Shown here: positions 40,478 through 58,400 of the stretch, piece after piece
How positions within the stretch are numbered: position 1 is the stretch's first letter
Layout: each line of letters opens with the position of its first letter
Source of the DNA: Eledone cirrhosa
Taxonomy: Eukaryota
Reading direction: 5' to 3'
Length of the DNA: 64,000 bases
Assembly: GCA_964016885.1 (NCBI GenBank)
Contig: OZ024742.1
Coordinates: forward strand, 63,798,001 to 63,862,000
The notes under the pieces: model-generated
What the model saw: the letters and a program-made list of their open reading frames with translations, nothing else
Database searches by the model: none
What the model was told of the DNA's origin: nothing
Program-made: the position numbers and the translations under genes

Positions 40478-43400
40478 CAGATCTACACCAATCTAGACAG
40501 TTGCACAAGTACTGCAGATCTACGCCAATCTAGACAGTTGCACAATTATTGCAGATCTACGCCAATCTAGACAACTGCACAACTATTGCAGATCTACGCC
40601 AATCTAGACAACTGCACAACTACTGCAGATCTACACCAATCTAGACAACTGCACAACTATTGCAGATCCACACCAATCTAGACAACTGCATAACTACTGC
40701 AGATCTACACCAATCTAGACAACTGCACAACTATTGCAGATCCACGCCAATCTAGACAACTGCACAACTATTGCAGATCTACACCAATCTAGACAACTGC
40801 ACAACTTTTGCAGATCTACGCCAATCTAGACAACTGCACAACTATTGCAGATCTACGCCAATCTAGACAACTGCGCAACTATTGCAGATCTACACCAATC
40901 TAGACAACTGCACAATTATTGCAGATCCACGCCAATCTAGACAACTGCACAAATATTGCAGATCTACACCAATGTAGACAACTGCATAACTATTGCAGAT
41001 CTACAACAATCTAGACAGTTGCACAACTACTGCAGATCTACACCAATCTAGACAGTTGCACAAGTACTGCAGATCTACGCCAATCTAGAGAGTTGCACAA
41101 GTACTGCAGATCTACGCCAATCTAGACAACTGCACAACTATTGCAGATCTACGCCAATCTAGACAACTGCACAACTATTGCAGATCTACACCAATCTAGA
41201 CAACTGCACAACTATTGCAGATCTAGGCCAATCTAGACAACTGCACAACTATTGCAGATCTATGCCAATCTAGACAACTGCACAACTATTGCAGATCTAC
41301 ACTAATCTCGACAACTGCACAACTATTGCAGATCTACGCCAATCTAGACAACTGCACAACTACTGCAGATCTACACCAATCTAGACAACTGCACAACTAT
41401 TGCAGATCTACACCAATCTAGACAACTGCACAACTATTGCAGATCTACGCCAATCTATACAACTGCACAACTATTGCAGATCTACACCAATGTACACAAC
41501 TGCACAACTACTGCAGATCTACACCAATCTAGACAACTGCACAACTATTGCAGATCTACGACAATCTAGACAACTGCACAACTATTGCAGATCTAGGCCA
41601 ATCTAGACAACTGCACAACTATTGCAGATCTATGCCAATCTAGACAACTGCACAACTATTGCAGATCTACACTAATCTCGACAACTGCACAACTATTGCA
41701 GATCTACGCCAATCTAGACAACTGCACAATTACTGCAGATCTACACCAATCTATACAGTTGCACAAGTACTGCAGATCTACGCCAATCTAGAGAGTTGCA
41801 CAAGTACTGCAGATCTACGCCAATCTAGAAAACAGCACAACTATTGCAGATCTACACCAATGTAGACAACTGCACAAATACTGCAGATCTACACCAATCT
41901 AGACAACTGCACAACTATTGCAGATCTACGCCAACTATACAACTGAAAAACTATTGTAGATCTACACCAATGTAGAAAACTGCACAACTACTGCAGATCT
42001 ACACCAATGTAGACAACTGCACAACCATTGCTGATCTACGCCAATCTAGACAGTTGCACAACTACTGCAGATCTACACCAATCTAGACAACTGCACAACT
42101 ATTGCAGATCTACACCAATGTAGACAACTGCACAACTACTGCAGATCTACACCAATTTAGACAACTGCACAACTACTGCAGATCTACACCAATCTAGACA
42201 ACTGCACAACTATTGCTGATCTACGCCAATCTAGACAACTGCAAAACTATTGCAGATCTACACCAATCTGGACAACTGCACAATTATTGCAGATCTACGC
42301 CAATGTAGACAACTGCACAACTATTGCAGATCTACGCCAATCTAGACAACTGCACAACTACTGCAGATCTACACCAATCTATACAATTGCACAACTATTG
42401 CAGATCTACACCAATGTAGACAACTGCACAACTATTGCAGATCTACACCAATCTAGACAACTGCACAACTACTGCAGATCTACAACAATCTAGACAGTTG
42501 CACAACTACTGCAGATCTACACCAATCTAGACAGTTGCACAACTACTGCAGATCTACACCAATCTATACAGTTGCACAATTATTGCAGATCTACGCCAAT
42601 CTATACTATTGCACAACTATTGCAGATCTACACCAATGTAGACAACTGCACAACTATTGCAGATCTACACCAATCTAGACAACTGCACAACTACTGCAGA
42701 TCTACAACAATCTAGACAGTTGCACAATTACTGCAGATCTACACCAATCTAGACAGTTGCACAACTACTGCAGATCTACACCAATCTATACAGTTGCACA
42801 ATTATTGCAGATCTACGCCAATCTAGACAACTGCACAACTATTGCAGATCTACACCAATCTAGACAACTGCAAAACTACTGCAGATCTACACCAATCTAG
42901 ACGACTGCACAACTACTGCAGATCTACACCAATCTAGACAGTTGCACAATTATTGCAGAACTACGCCAATCTAGACAACTGCACAACTATTGCAGATCCA
43001 CACCAATCTAGACAACTGCACAACTACTGCAGATCTACACCAATCTAGACAACTGCACAACTATTGCAGATCCACGCCAATCTAGACAACTGCACAACTA
43101 TTGCAGATCTACACCAATCTAGACAACTGCACAACTATTGCAGATCCACGCCAATCTAGACAACTGCACAACTACTGCAGATCTACACCAATCTAGACAA
43201 CTGCACAACTATTGCAGATCTACGCCAATCTAGACAACTGCACAACTATTGCAGATCTACACCAATCTAGACAACTGCACAACTATTGCAGATCTACGCC
43301 AATTTAGACAACTACACAACTATTGCAGATCTACACCAATCTAGACAACTGCACAACTATTGCAGATCTACGCCAATCTAGACAACTGCACAACTATTGC

Positions 43401-46400
43401 AGATCTACACCAATCTAGACAACTGCACAACTATTGCAGATCTACGCCAATCTAGACAACTACACAACTATTGCAGATCTACGCCAATCTAGACAACTGC
43501 ACAACTATTGCAGATCTACGCCAATCTAGACAACTACACAACTATTGCAGATCTACGCCAATCTAGACAACTGCACAACTATTGCAGATCTACGCCAATC
43601 TAGACAACTACACAACTATTGCAGATCTACGCCAATCTAGACAACTGCACAACTATTGCAGATCTACGCCAATCTAGACAACTACACAACTATTGCAGAT
43701 CTACGCCAATCTAGACAACTACACAACTATTGCAGATCTACGCCAATATAGACAACTGCACAACTATTGCAGATCTACGCCAATCTAGACAACTACACAA
43801 CTATTGCAGATCCACGCCAATCTAGACAACTGCACAACTATTGCAGATCTACACCAATGTAGACAACTGCATAACTACTGCAGATCTACAACAATCTAGA
43901 CAGTTGCACAACTACTGCAGATCTACACCAATCTAGACAGTTGCACAAGTACTGCAGATCTACGCCAATCTAGACAATTGCACAATTATTGCAGATCTAC
44001 GCCAATCTAGACAATTGCACAACTATTGCAGATCTACGCCAATCTAGACAACTGCACAACTATTGCAGATCTACACCAATCTAGACAACTGCACAACTAC
44101 TGCAGATCTACAAGAATCTAGACAGTTGCACAACTACTGCAGATCTACACCAATCTAGACAGTTGCACAAGTACTGCAGATCTACGCCAATCTAGAGAGT
44201 TGCACAAGTACTGCAGATCTACGCCAATCTAGACAATTGCACAATTATTGCAGATCTACGCCAATCTAGACAATTGCACAACTATTGCAGATCTACGCCA
44301 ATCTAGACAACTGCACAACTATTGCAGATCTACACCAATCTAGACAACTGCACAACTACTGCAGATCTACAAGAATCTAGACAGTTGCACAACTACTGCA
44401 GATCTACAAGAATCTAGACAGTTGCACAAGTACTGCAGATCTACGCCAATCTAGACAGTGGCACAAGAACTGCAGAGCTACGCCAATCTAGACAACTGCA
44501 CAACTATTGCAGATCTACACTAATCTAGACAACAGCACAAGTACTGCAGATCTACACTGATCTAGATAACTGCACAACTATTGCAGATCTACGCCAATCT
44601 AGACAGTTGCACAACTACTGCAGATCTACACCAATCTAGACAGTTGCACAAGTACTGCAGATCTACGCCAATCTAGACAACTGCACAACTATTGCAGATC
44701 TACGCCAATCTAGACGACTGCACAACTATTGCAGTTCTACGCCAATCTAGACAACTGCACAACTATTGCAGATCTACGCCAATCTAGACAACTGCACAAT
44801 TACTGCAGATCTACACCAATCTATACAGTTGCACAAGTACTGCAGATCTACGCCAATCTAGAGAGTTGCACAAGTACTGCAGATCTACGCCAATCTAGAA
44901 AACTGCACAACTATTGCAGATCTACACCAATCTAGACAACTGCACAACTACTGCAGATCTACACCAATCTATACAGTTGCACAATTATTGCAGATCTACG
45001 CCAATCTATACAATTGCACAACTATTGCAGATCTACACCAATGTAGACAACTGCACAACTATTGCAGATCTACACCAATCTAGACAACTGCACAACTATT
45101 GCAGATCTACGCCAATCTAGACAACTGCACAACTATTGCAGATCCACGCCAATCTAGACAACTGCACAACTATTGCAGATCTACACCAATGTAGACAACT
45201 GCATAACTACTGCAGATCTACAACAATCTAAACAGTTGCACAAGTACTGCAGATCTACGCCAATCTAGAGAGTTGCACAAGTACTGCAGATCTACACCAA
45301 TCTAGACAACTGCACAACTATTGCAGATCTACGCCAATCTAGACAACTGCACAACTATTGCAGATCTATGCCAATCTAGACAACTGCACAACTATTGCAG
45401 ATCTACACCAATGTAGACAACTGCACAACTATTGCAGATCTACACCAATCTAGACAACTGCACAACTACTGCAGATCTACAACAATCTAGACAGTTGCAC
45501 AACTACTGCAGATCTACACCAATCTAGACAGTTGCACAACTACTGCAGATCTACATCAATCTATACAGTTGCACAATTATTGCAGATCTACGCCAATCTA
45601 GACAATTGCACAACTATTGCAGATCTACGCCAATCTAGACAACTGCACAACTATTGCAGATCTACACCAATCTAGACAACTGCACAACTACTGCAGATCT
45701 ACAACAATCTAGACAGTTGCACAACTACTGCAGATCTACACCAATCTAGACAGTTGCACAAGTACTGCAGATCTACGCCAATCTAGACAGTGGCACAAGA
45801 ACTGCAGAGCTACGCCAATCTAGACAACTGCACAACTATTGCAGATCTACACTAATCTAGACAACAGCACAAGTACTGCAGATCTACACTAATCTAGATA
45901 ACTGCACAACTATTGCAGATCTACGCCAATCTAGACAGTTGCACAACTGCTGCAGATCTACGCCAATCTAGACAACTGCACAACTATTGCAGATCTACAC
46001 CAATCTAGACAACTGCACAACTACTGCAGATCTACAAGAATCTAGACAGTTGCACAACTACTGCAGATCTACACCAATCTAGACAGTTGCACAAGTACTG
46101 CAGATCTACGCCAAACTAGACAGTGGCACAAGAACTGCAGAGCTACGCCAATCTAGACAACTGCACAACTACTGCAGATCTACACCAATCTAGACAGTTG
46201 CACAAGTACTGCAGATCTACGCCAATCTAGACAACTGCACAACTATTGCAGATCTACGCCAATCTAGACGACTGCACAACTATTGCAGTTCTACGCCAAT
46301 CTAGACAACTGCACAACTATTGCAGATCTACGCCAATCTAGACAACTGCACAATTACTGCAGATCTACACCAATCTATACAGTTGCACAAGTACTGCAGA

Positions 46401-49400
46401 TCTACGCCAATCTAGAGAGTTGCACAAGTACTGCAGATCTACGCCAATCTAGAAAACTGCACAACTATTGCAGATCTACACCAATCTAGACAACTGCACA
46501 ACTACTGCAGATCTACACCAATCTATACAGTTGCACAATTATTGCAGATCTACGCCAATCTATACAATTGCACAACTATTGCAGATCTACACCAATGTAG
46601 ACAACTGCACAACTATTGCAGATCTACACCAATCTAGACAACTGCACAACTACTGCAGATCTACAACAATCTAGACAGTTGCACAACTACTGCAGATCTA
46701 CACCAGTCTAGACAGTTGCACAACTACTGCAGATCTACACCAATCTATACAGTTGTACAATTATTGCAGATCTACGCCAATCTAGACAACTGCACAACTA
46801 TTGCAGATCTACACCAATCTAGACAACTGCAAAACTACTGCAGATCTACACCAATCTAGACAACTGCACAACTACTGCAGATCTACGCCAATCTAGACAG
46901 TTGCACAATTATTGCAGAACTACGCCAATCTAGACAACTGCACAACTATTGCAGATCCACACCAATCTAGACAACTGCACAACTACTGCAGATCTACACC
47001 AATCTAGACAGTTGCACAAGTACTGCAGATCTACGCCAATCTAGACAGTGGCACAAGAACTCCAGAGCTACGCCAATCTAGACAACTGCACAACTATTGC
47101 AGATCTACACTAATCTAGACAACAGCACAAGTACTGCAGATCTACACTAATCTAGATAACTGCACAACTATTGCAGATCTACGCCAATCTAGACAGTTGC
47201 ACAACTACTGCAGATCTACACCAATCTAGACAGTTGCACAAGTACTGCAGATCTACGCCAATCTAGACAACTGCACAACTATTGCAGATCTACGCCAATC
47301 TAGACGACTGCACAACTATTGCAGATCTACGCCAATCTAGACAACTGCACAACTATTGCAGATCTACGCCAATCTAGACAACTGCACAATTACTGCAGAT
47401 CTACACCAATCTATACAGTTGCACAAGTACTGCAGATCTACGCCATTCTAGAGAGTTGCACAAGTACTGCAGATCTACGCCAATCTAGAAAACTGCACAA
47501 CTATTGCAGATCTACACCAATCTAGACAACTGCACAACTACTGCAGATCTACACCAATCTAGACAGCTGCACAACTATTGCAGATCTACGCCAATCTAGA
47601 CAACTGAAAAACTACTGCAGATCTACACCATTCTAGACAACTGCACAACTACTGCAGATCTACACCAATGTAGACAACTGCACAACTATTGCAGATCTAC
47701 GCCAATCTAGACAACTGCACAACTATTGCAGATCTACACCAATGTAGACAACTGCACAACTACTGCATATCTACACCAATCTAGACAACTGCTCAACTAT
47801 TGCAGATCTACGCCAACTAGACAACTGAAAAACTATTGTAGATCTACACCAATCTAGAAAACTGCACAACTACTGCAGATCTACACCAATGTAGACAACT
47901 GCACAACTATTGCTGATCTACGCCAATCTAGACAGTTGCACAACTACTGCAGATCTACACCAATCTAGACAACTGCACAACTATTGCAGATCTACACCAA
48001 TGTAGACAACTGCACAACTACTGCAGATCTACACCAATCTAGACAACTGCACAACTACTGCAGATCTACACCAATCTAGACAACTGCACAACTATTGCTG
48101 ATCTACGCCAATCTAGACAGTTGCACAATTATTGAAGATCTACACCAATCTAGACAACTGCACAAATATTGCAGATCTACACCAATGTAGACAACTGCAC
48201 AACTACTGCAGATCTATACCAATGTAAACAACTGCACAACTACTGCATATCTACACCAATCTAGACAACTGCACAACTACTGCAGATCTACACCAATCTA
48301 GACAACTGCAGAACTACTGCAGTTATACACCAATATAGACAACTGCACAACTACTGCAGATCTACACCAATCTAGACAACTGAACAACTATTGCAGATCT
48401 ATCCCAATCTATACAGTTGCACAACTATTGCAGATCTACACCAATCTAGACAACTGCACAACTACGGCAGATCTACACCAATCTAGACAACTGCACAACT
48501 ATTGCAGATCTACGCCAATCTAAACAACTACACAACTATTGCAGATCTACACCAATCTAGACAACTGCACATCTACTGCAGATCTACACCAATCTAGACA
48601 GTTGCACAAGTACTGCAGATCTACGCCAATCTAGACAACTGCACAACTATTGCAGATCTACGCCAATCTAGACGACTGCACAACTATTGCAGATCTACGC
48701 CAATCTAGACAACTGCACAACTATTGCAGATCTACGCCAATCTAGACAACTGCACAATTACTGCAGATCTACACCAATCTATACAGTTGCACAAGTACTG
48801 CAGATCTACGCCAATCTAGAGAGTTGCACAAGTACTGCAGATCTACGCCAATCTGGAAAACTGCACAACTATTGCAGATCTACACCAATCTAGACAACTG
48901 CACAACTACTGCAGATCTACACCAATCTAGACAGCTGCACAACTATTGCAGATCTACGCCAATCTAGACAACTGAAAAACTACTGCAGATCTACACCATT
49001 CTAGACAACTGCACAACTACTGCAGATCTACACCAATGTAGACAACTGCACAACTATTGCAGATCTACGCCAATCTAGACAACTGCACAACTATTGCAGA
49101 TCTACGCCAACTAGACAACTGAAAAACTATTGTAGATCTACACCAATGTAGACAACTGCACAACTATTGCTGATCTACGCCAATCTAGACAGTTGCACAA
49201 CTACTGCAGATCTACACCAATCTAGACAACTGCACAACTATTGCAGATCTACACCAATGTAGACAACTGCACAACTACTGCAGATCTACACCAATCTAGA
49301 CAACTGCACAACTATTGCTGATCTACGCCAATCTAGACAGTTGCACAATTATTGAAGATCTACACCAATCTAGACAACTGCACAACTATTGCAGATCTAC

Positions 49401-52400
49401 ACCAATGTAGACAACTGCACAACTACTGCATATCTATACCAATGTAAACAACTGCACAACTACTGCATATCTACACCAATCTAGACAACTGCACAACTAC
49501 TGCAGATCTACACCAATCTAGACAACTGCAGAACTACTGCAGTTATACACCAATATAGACAACTGCACAACTACTGCAGATCTACACCAATCTAGACAAC
49601 TGAACAACTATTGCAGATCTACCCCAATCTATACAGTTGCACAACTATTGCAGATCTACACCAATCTAGACAACTGCACAACTACGGCAGATCTACACCA
49701 ATCTAGACAACTGCACAACTATTGCAGATCTACGCCAATCTAAACAACTGCACAACTATTGCAGATCTACACCAATCTAGACAACTGCACATCTACTGCA
49801 GATCTACACCATTCTAGACAACTGCACAACTACTGCAGATCTACACCAATCTAATCAACTGCACGACTATTGCAGATCTACGCCAATCTAGACAACTGCA
49901 CAACTATTGGAGATCTACACCAATCTAGACAACTGAAAAACTATTGCAGATCTACACCAATCTAGACAACTGCACAACTATTGCAGATCTACGCCAATCT
50001 AGACAGTTGCACACGTACTGCAGATCTACACGAATCTTGACAAGTGCATAACTACTGCGGATCTACAGCAATCTAGACAACTGCACAACTATTGCAGATC
50101 TACGCCAATCTGGACAGTTGCACACTATTACAGATCTACACCAATCTAGACAGTTGCACAAGTACTGCAGATCTACACCAATCTAGACAACTGCACAACT
50201 ATTGCAGATCTACACCAATCTAGACAACTGCACAACTATTGCAGATCTACACCAATCTAGACAGTTGCACAAGTACTGCAGATCTACACAAATCTAGACA
50301 GTTGCACAAGTACTGTAGCTCTACACCAATCTAGACAGTTGCACAAGTACTGCAGATCTACACCAATCTAGACAGTTGCACAAGTACTGCAGATCTACAC
50401 CAATCTAGACAACTGCACAATTATTGCAGATCTACACCAATCTAGACAACTGCACAAGTATTGCAGATCTACACCAATCTAGACAATTGCACAACTATTG
50501 CAGATCTACGCCAATCTAGACAACTGCACAAGTATTGCACATCTACACCAATCTAGACAACTGCACAACTATTGCAGATATACACCAATCTAGACAACTG
50601 CACAAGTATTGCAGATCTACACCAATCTAGACAACTGCACAACTATTGCAGATCTACACCAATATAGACAATTGCACAAGTATTGCAGATCTACACCAAT
50701 CTAGACAACTGCACAACTATTGCAGATTCACACCAATCTAGACAGTTGCACAGGTACTGCAGATCTACGCCAATCTGGACAACTGCACACCTATTGCAGA
50801 TCTACACCAATCTAGACAACTGCACAACTATTGCAGATCTACACCAATCTAGACAACTGCACAACTACTGCAGATCTACACCAATGTAGACAACTGCACA
50901 ACTATTGCAGATCTACGCCAATCTAAACAACTGCACAACTATTGCAGATCTACACCAATGTAGACAACTGCACAACTACTGCAGATCTACACGAATCTAG
51001 ACAACTGCAAAACTACTGCAGATCTACACCAATCTAGACAACTGCAAAACTATTGCTGATCTACGCCAATCTAGACAGTTGCACAATTATTGAAGATCTA
51101 CACCAATGTAGACAACTGCACAACTACTGCAGATCTACACCAATCTAGACAACTGCACAACTATTGCAGATCTACGCCAACTAGACAACTGAAAAACTAT
51201 TGTAGATCTACACCAATGTAGAAAACTGCACAACTACTGCAGATCTACACCAATGTAGACAACTGCACAACTATTGCTGATCTACGCCAATCTAGACAGT
51301 TGCACAACTACTGCAGATCTACACCAATCTAGACAACTGCACAACTATTGCAGATCTACACCAATGTAGACAACTGCACAACTACTGCAGATCTACACCA
51401 ATCTAGACAACTGCACAACTATTGCTGATCTACGCCAATCTAGACAGTTGCACAATTATTGAAGATCTACACCAATCTAGACAACTGCACAACTATTGCA
51501 GATCTACACCAATGTAGACAACTGCACAACTACTGCAGATCTATACCAATGTAAACAACTGCACAACTACTGCATATCTACACCAATCTAGACAACTGCA
51601 CAACTACTGCAGATCTACACCAATCTAGACAACTGCAGAACTACTGCAGTTATACACCAATATAGACAACTGCACAACTACTGCAGATCTACACCAATCT
51701 AGACAACTGAACAACTATTGCAGATCTACCCCAATCTATACAGTTGCACAACTATTGCAGATCTACACCAATCTAGACAACTGCACAACTACTGCAGATC
51801 TACAACAATCTAGACAGTTGCACAACTACTGCAGATCTACACCAATCTAGACAGTTGCACAACTACTGCAGATCTACACCAATCTATACAGTTGCACAAT
51901 TATTGCAAATCTACGCCAATCTAGACAACTGCACAACTATTGCAGATCTACACCAATCTAGACAACTGCAAAACTACTGCAGATCTACACCAATCTAGAC
52001 AACTGCACAACTACTGCAGATCTACGCCAATCTAGACAGTTGCACAATTATTGCAGAACTACGCCAATCTAGACAACTGCACAACTATTGCAGATCCACA
52101 CCAATCTAGACAACTGCACAACTACTGCAGATCTACACCAATCTAGACAACTGCACAACTATTGCAGATCCACGCCAATCTAGACAACTGCACAACTATT
52201 GCAAATCTACGCCAATCTAGACAACTACACAACTATTGCAGATCTACACCAATCTAGACAGTTGCACAAGTATTGCAGATCTACACCAATCTAGACAACT
52301 GCACAACTATTGCAGATCTACGCCAATATAGACAACTGCACAACTATTGCAGATCTACACCAATCTAGACAACTGCACAACTATTGCAGATCCACGCCAA

Positions 52401-55400
52401 TCTAGACAACTGCACAACTATTGCAGATCTACACCAATGTAGACAACTGCATAACTACTGCAGATCTACAACAATCTAGACAGTTGCACAACTACTGCAG
52501 ATCTACACCAATCTAGACAGTTGCACAAGTACTGCAGATCTACGCCAATCTAGAGAGTTGCACAAGTACTGCAGATCTACACCAATCTAGACAACTGCAC
52601 AACTAGTGCAGATCTACGCCAATCTAGACAACTGCACAACTATTGCAGATCTATGCCAATCTAGACAACTGCACAACTATTGCAGATCTACACCAATGTA
52701 GACAACTGCACAACTATTGCAGATCTACACCAATCTAGACAACTGCACAACTACTGCAGATCTACAACAATCTAGACAGTTGCACAACTACTGCAGATCT
52801 ACAACAATCTAGACAGTTGCACAACTACTGCACATCTACACCAATCTAGACAGTTGCACAAGTACTGCAGATCTACGCCAATCTAGACAGTGGCACAAGA
52901 ACTGCAGAGCTACGCCAATCTAGACAACTGCACAACTATTGCAGATCTACACTAATCTAGACAACAGCACAAGTACTGCAGATCTACACTAATCTAGATA
53001 ACTGCACAACTATTGCAGATCTACGCCAATCTAGACAGTTGCACAACTACTGCAGATCTACACCAATCTAGACAGTTGCACAAGTACTGCAGATCTACGC
53101 CATTCTAGACAACTGCACAACTATTGCAGATCTACGCCAATCTAGACGACTGCACAACTATTGCAGATCTACGCCAATCTAGACAACTGCACAACTATTG
53201 CACATCTACGCCAATCTAGACAACTGCACAATTACTGCAGATCTACACCAATCTATACAGTTGCACAAGTACTGCAGATCTACGCCAATCTAGAGAGTTG
53301 CACAAGTACTGCAGATCTACGCCAATCTAGAAAACTGCACAACTATTGCAGATCTACACCAATCTAGACAACTGCACAACTACTGCAGATCTACACCAAT
53401 CTAGACAGCTGCACAACTATTGCAGATCTACGCCAATCTAGACAACTGAAAAACTACTGCAGATCTACACCAATGTAGACAACTGCACAACTATTGCAGA
53501 TCTACACCAATGTAGACAACTGCACAACTACTGCAGATCTACACCAATCTAGACAACTGCACAACTACTGCAGATCTACACCAATCTAGACAACTGCACA
53601 ACTATTGCTGATCTACGCCAATCTAGACAGTTGCACAATTATTGAAGATCTACACCAATCTAGACAACTGCACAAATATTGCAGATCTACACCAATGTAG
53701 ACAACTGCACAACTACTGCAGATCTATACCAATGTAAACAACTGCACAACTACTGCATATCTACACCAATCTAGACAACTGCACAACTACTGCAGATCTA
53801 CACCAATCTAGACAACTGCAGAACTACTGCAGTTATACACAAATATAGACAACTGCACAACTACTGCAGATCTACACCAATCTAGACAACTGAACAACTA
53901 TTGCAGATCTACCCCAATCTATACAGTTGCACAACTATTGCAGATCTACACCAATCTAGACAACTGCACAACTACGGCAGATCTACACCAATCTAGACAA
54001 CTGCACAACTATTGCAGATCTACGCCAATCTAAACAACTGCACAACTATTGCAGATCTACACCAATCTAGACAACTGCACATCTACTGCAGATCTACACC
54101 AATCTAGACAACTGCACAACTACTGCAGATCTACACCAATCTAAACAACTGCACGACTATTGCAGATCTACGCCAATCTAGACAACTGCACAACTATTGG
54201 AGATCTACACCAATCTAGACAACTGAAAAACTATTGCAGATCTACACCAATCTAGACAACTGCACAACTATTGCAGATCTACGCCAATCTAGACAGTTGC
54301 ACACGTACTGCAGATCTACACGAATCTAGACAAGTGCATAACTACTGCAGATCCACAGCAATCTAGACAACTGCACAACTATTGCAGATCTACGCCAATC
54401 TGGACAGTTGCACAACTATTACAGATCTACACCAATCTAGACAGTTGCACAAGTACTGCAGATCTACACCAATCTAGACAACTGCACAACTATTGCAGAT
54501 CTACACCAATCTAGACAACTGCACAACTATTGCAGATCTACACCAATCTAGACAGTTGCACAAGTACTGCAGATCTACACCAATCTAGACAGTTGCACAA
54601 GTACTGTAGCTCTACACCAATCTAGACAGTTGCACAAGTACTGCAGATCTACACCAATCTAGACAGTTGCACAAGTACTGCAGATCTACACCAATCTAGA
54701 CAACTGCACAATTATTGCAGATCTACACCAATCTAGACAACTGCACAAGTATTGCAGATCTACACCAATCTAGACAATTGCACAACTATTGGAGATCTAC
54801 GCCAATCTAGACAACTGCACAACTATTGCAGATCTACACCAATCTAGACAACTGCACAACTACTGCAGATCTACAACAATCTAGACAGTTGCACAACTAC
54901 TGCAGATCTACACCAATCTAGACAGTTGCACAAGTACTGCAGATCTACGCCAATCTAGACAGTGGCACAAGAACTGCAGAGCTACGCCAATCTAGACAAC
55001 TGCACAACTATTTCAGATCTACACTAATCTAGACAACAGCACAAGTACTGCAGATCTACACTAATCTAGATAATTGCACAACTATTGCAGATCTACGCCA
55101 ATCTAGACAGTTGCACAACTACTGCAGATCTACACCAATCTAGACAGTTGCACAAGTACTGCAGATCTACGCCAATCTAGACGACTGCACAACTATTGCA
55201 GATCTACGCCAATCTAGACGACTGCACAACTATTGCAGATCTACGCCAATCTAGACAACTGCACAACTATTGCAGATCTACGCCAATCTAGATAACTGCA
55301 CAACTACTGCAGATCTACACCAATGTAGACAACTGCACAACTATTGCAGATCTACGCCAATCTAGACAACTGCACAACTATTGCAGATCTACACCAATGT

Positions 55401-58400
55401 AGACAACTGCACTACTACTGCAGATCTACACCAATCTAGGCAACTGCACAACTATTGCAGATCTACGCCAACTAGACAACTGAAAAACTATTGTAGATCT
55501 ACACCAATGTAGAAAACTGCACAACTACTGCAGATCTACACCAATGTAGACAACTGCACAACTATTGCTGATCTACGCCAATCTAGACAGTTGCACAACT
55601 ACTGCAGATCTACACCAATCTAGACAACTGCACAACTATTGCAGATCTACACCAATGTAGACAACTGCACAACTACTGCAGATCTACACCAATCTAGACA
55701 ACTGCACAACTATTGCTGATCTACGCCAATCTAGACAGTTGCACAATTATTGAAGATCTACACCAATCTAGACAACTGCACAACTATTGCAGATCTACAC
55801 CAATGTAGACAACTGCACAACTACTGCATATCTATACCAATGTAAACAACTGCACAACTACTGCATATCTACACCAATCTAGACAACTGCACAACTACTG
55901 CAGATCTACACCAATCTAGACAACTGCAGAACTACTGCAGTTATACACCAATATAGACAACTGCACAACTACTGCAGATCTACACCAATCTAGACAACTG
56001 AACAACTATTGCAGATCTACCCCAATCTATACAGTTGCACAACTATTGCAGATCTACACCAATCTAGACAACTGCACAACTACGGCAGATCTACACCAAT
56101 CTAGACAACTGCACAACTATTGCAGATCTACGCCAATCTAAACAACTGCACAACTATTGCAGATCTACACCAATCTAGACAACTGCACATCTACTGCAGA
56201 TCTACACCATTCTAGACAACTGCACAACTACTGCAGATCTACACCAATCTAAACAACTGCACGACTATTGCAGATCTACGCCAATCTAGACAACTGCACA
56301 ACTATTGGAGATCTACACCAATCTAGACAACTGAAAAACTATTGCAGATCTACACCAATCTAGACAACTGCACAACTATTGCAGATCTACGCCAATCTAG
56401 ACAGTTGCACACGTACTGCAGATCTACACGAATCTTGACAAGTGCATAACTACTGCAGATCTACAGCAATCTAGACAACTGCACAACTATTGCAGATCTA
56501 CGCCAATCTGGACAGTTGCACACTATTACAGATCTACACCAATCTAGACAGTTGCACAAGTACTGCAGATCTACACCAATCTAGACAACTGCACAACTAT
56601 TGCAGATCTACACCAATCTAGACAACTGCACAACTATTGCATATCTACACCAATCTAGACAGTTGCACAAGTACTGCAGATCTACACCAATCTAGACAGT
56701 TGCACAAGTACTGTAGCTCTACACCAATCTAGACAGTTGCACAAGTACTGCAGATCTACACCAATCTAGACAGTTGCACAAGTACTGCAGATCTACACCA
56801 ATCTAGACAACTGCACAATTATTGCAGATCTACACCAATCTAGACAACTGCACAAGTATTGCAGATCTACACCAATCTAGACAATTGCACAACTATTGCA
56901 GATCTACGCCAATCTAGACAACTGCACAAGTATTGCACATCTACACCAATCTAGACAACTGCACAACTATTGCAGATATACACCAATCTAGACAACTGCA
57001 CAAGTATTGCAGATCTACACCAATCTAGACAACTGCACAACTATTGCAGATCTACACCAATATAGACAATTGCACAATTATTGCAGATCTACACCAATCT
57101 AGACAACTGCACAACTATTGCAGATTCACACCAATCTAGACAGTTGCACAGGTACTGCAGATCTACGCCAATCTGGACAACTGCACACCTATTGCAGATC
57201 TACACCAATCTAGACAACTGCACAACTATTGCAGATCTACACCAATCTAGACAACTGCACAACTACTGCAGATCTACACCAATGTAGACAACTGCACAAC
57301 TATTGCATATCTACGCCAATCTAAACAACTGCACAACTATTGCAGATCTACACCAATGTAGACAACTGCACAACTACTGCAGATCTACACGAATCTAGAC
57401 AACTGCAAAACTACTGCAGATCTACACCAATCTAGACAACTGCAAAACTATTGCTGATCTACGCCAATCTAGACAGTTGCACAATTATTGAAGATCTACA
57501 CCAATGTAGACAACTGCACAACTACTGCAGATCTACACCAATGTAGACAACTGCACAACAACTGCAGATCTACAACAATCTAGACAACTGCACAAATACT
57601 GCAGCTATACACCAATATAGACAACTGCACAACTACTGCAGATCTACACCAATCTAGACAACTGTACAACTATTGCAGATCTACACCAATCTATACAGTT
57701 GCACAACTATTGCTGATCTACACCAATCTAGACAACTGCACAACTACGGCAGATCTACACCAATCTACACAACTGCACGACTATTGCAGATCTACGCCAA
57801 TCTAGACAACTGCACAACTATTGCAGATCTACACCAATCTAGACAACTGCACAACTACTGCAGATCTACACCAATCTAGACAACTGCACAACTACTGCAG
57901 ATCTACACCAATCTAGACAACTGTACGACTACTGCAGATCTACACCAATCTAGACAACTGCATAACTATTGCAGATCTACACCAATCTAGACAATTGCAC
58001 AACTATTGCAGATCTACGCCAATCTAGACAACTGCACAACTACTGCAGATCTACACGAATCTAGACAACTGCACAAGTATTGCAGATCTACACCAATCTA
58101 GTCAACTGCACAACTATTGCATATTTACACCAATCTAGACAGTTGCACAAGTATTGCAGATCTACACCAATCTAGACAACTGCACAACTATTGCAGATCT
58201 ACGCCAATCTAGACAACTGCACAACTATTGCAGATCTACACCAATCTAGACAACTGCACAACTATTGCAGATCTACACCAATCTAGACCACTGCACAACT
58301 ACTGCAGATCTACACCAATCTAGACAACTGCACAACTATTGCATGCTACGCCAATCTAGATAACTGAAAAACTACTGCAGATCTACACCAATCTAGACAA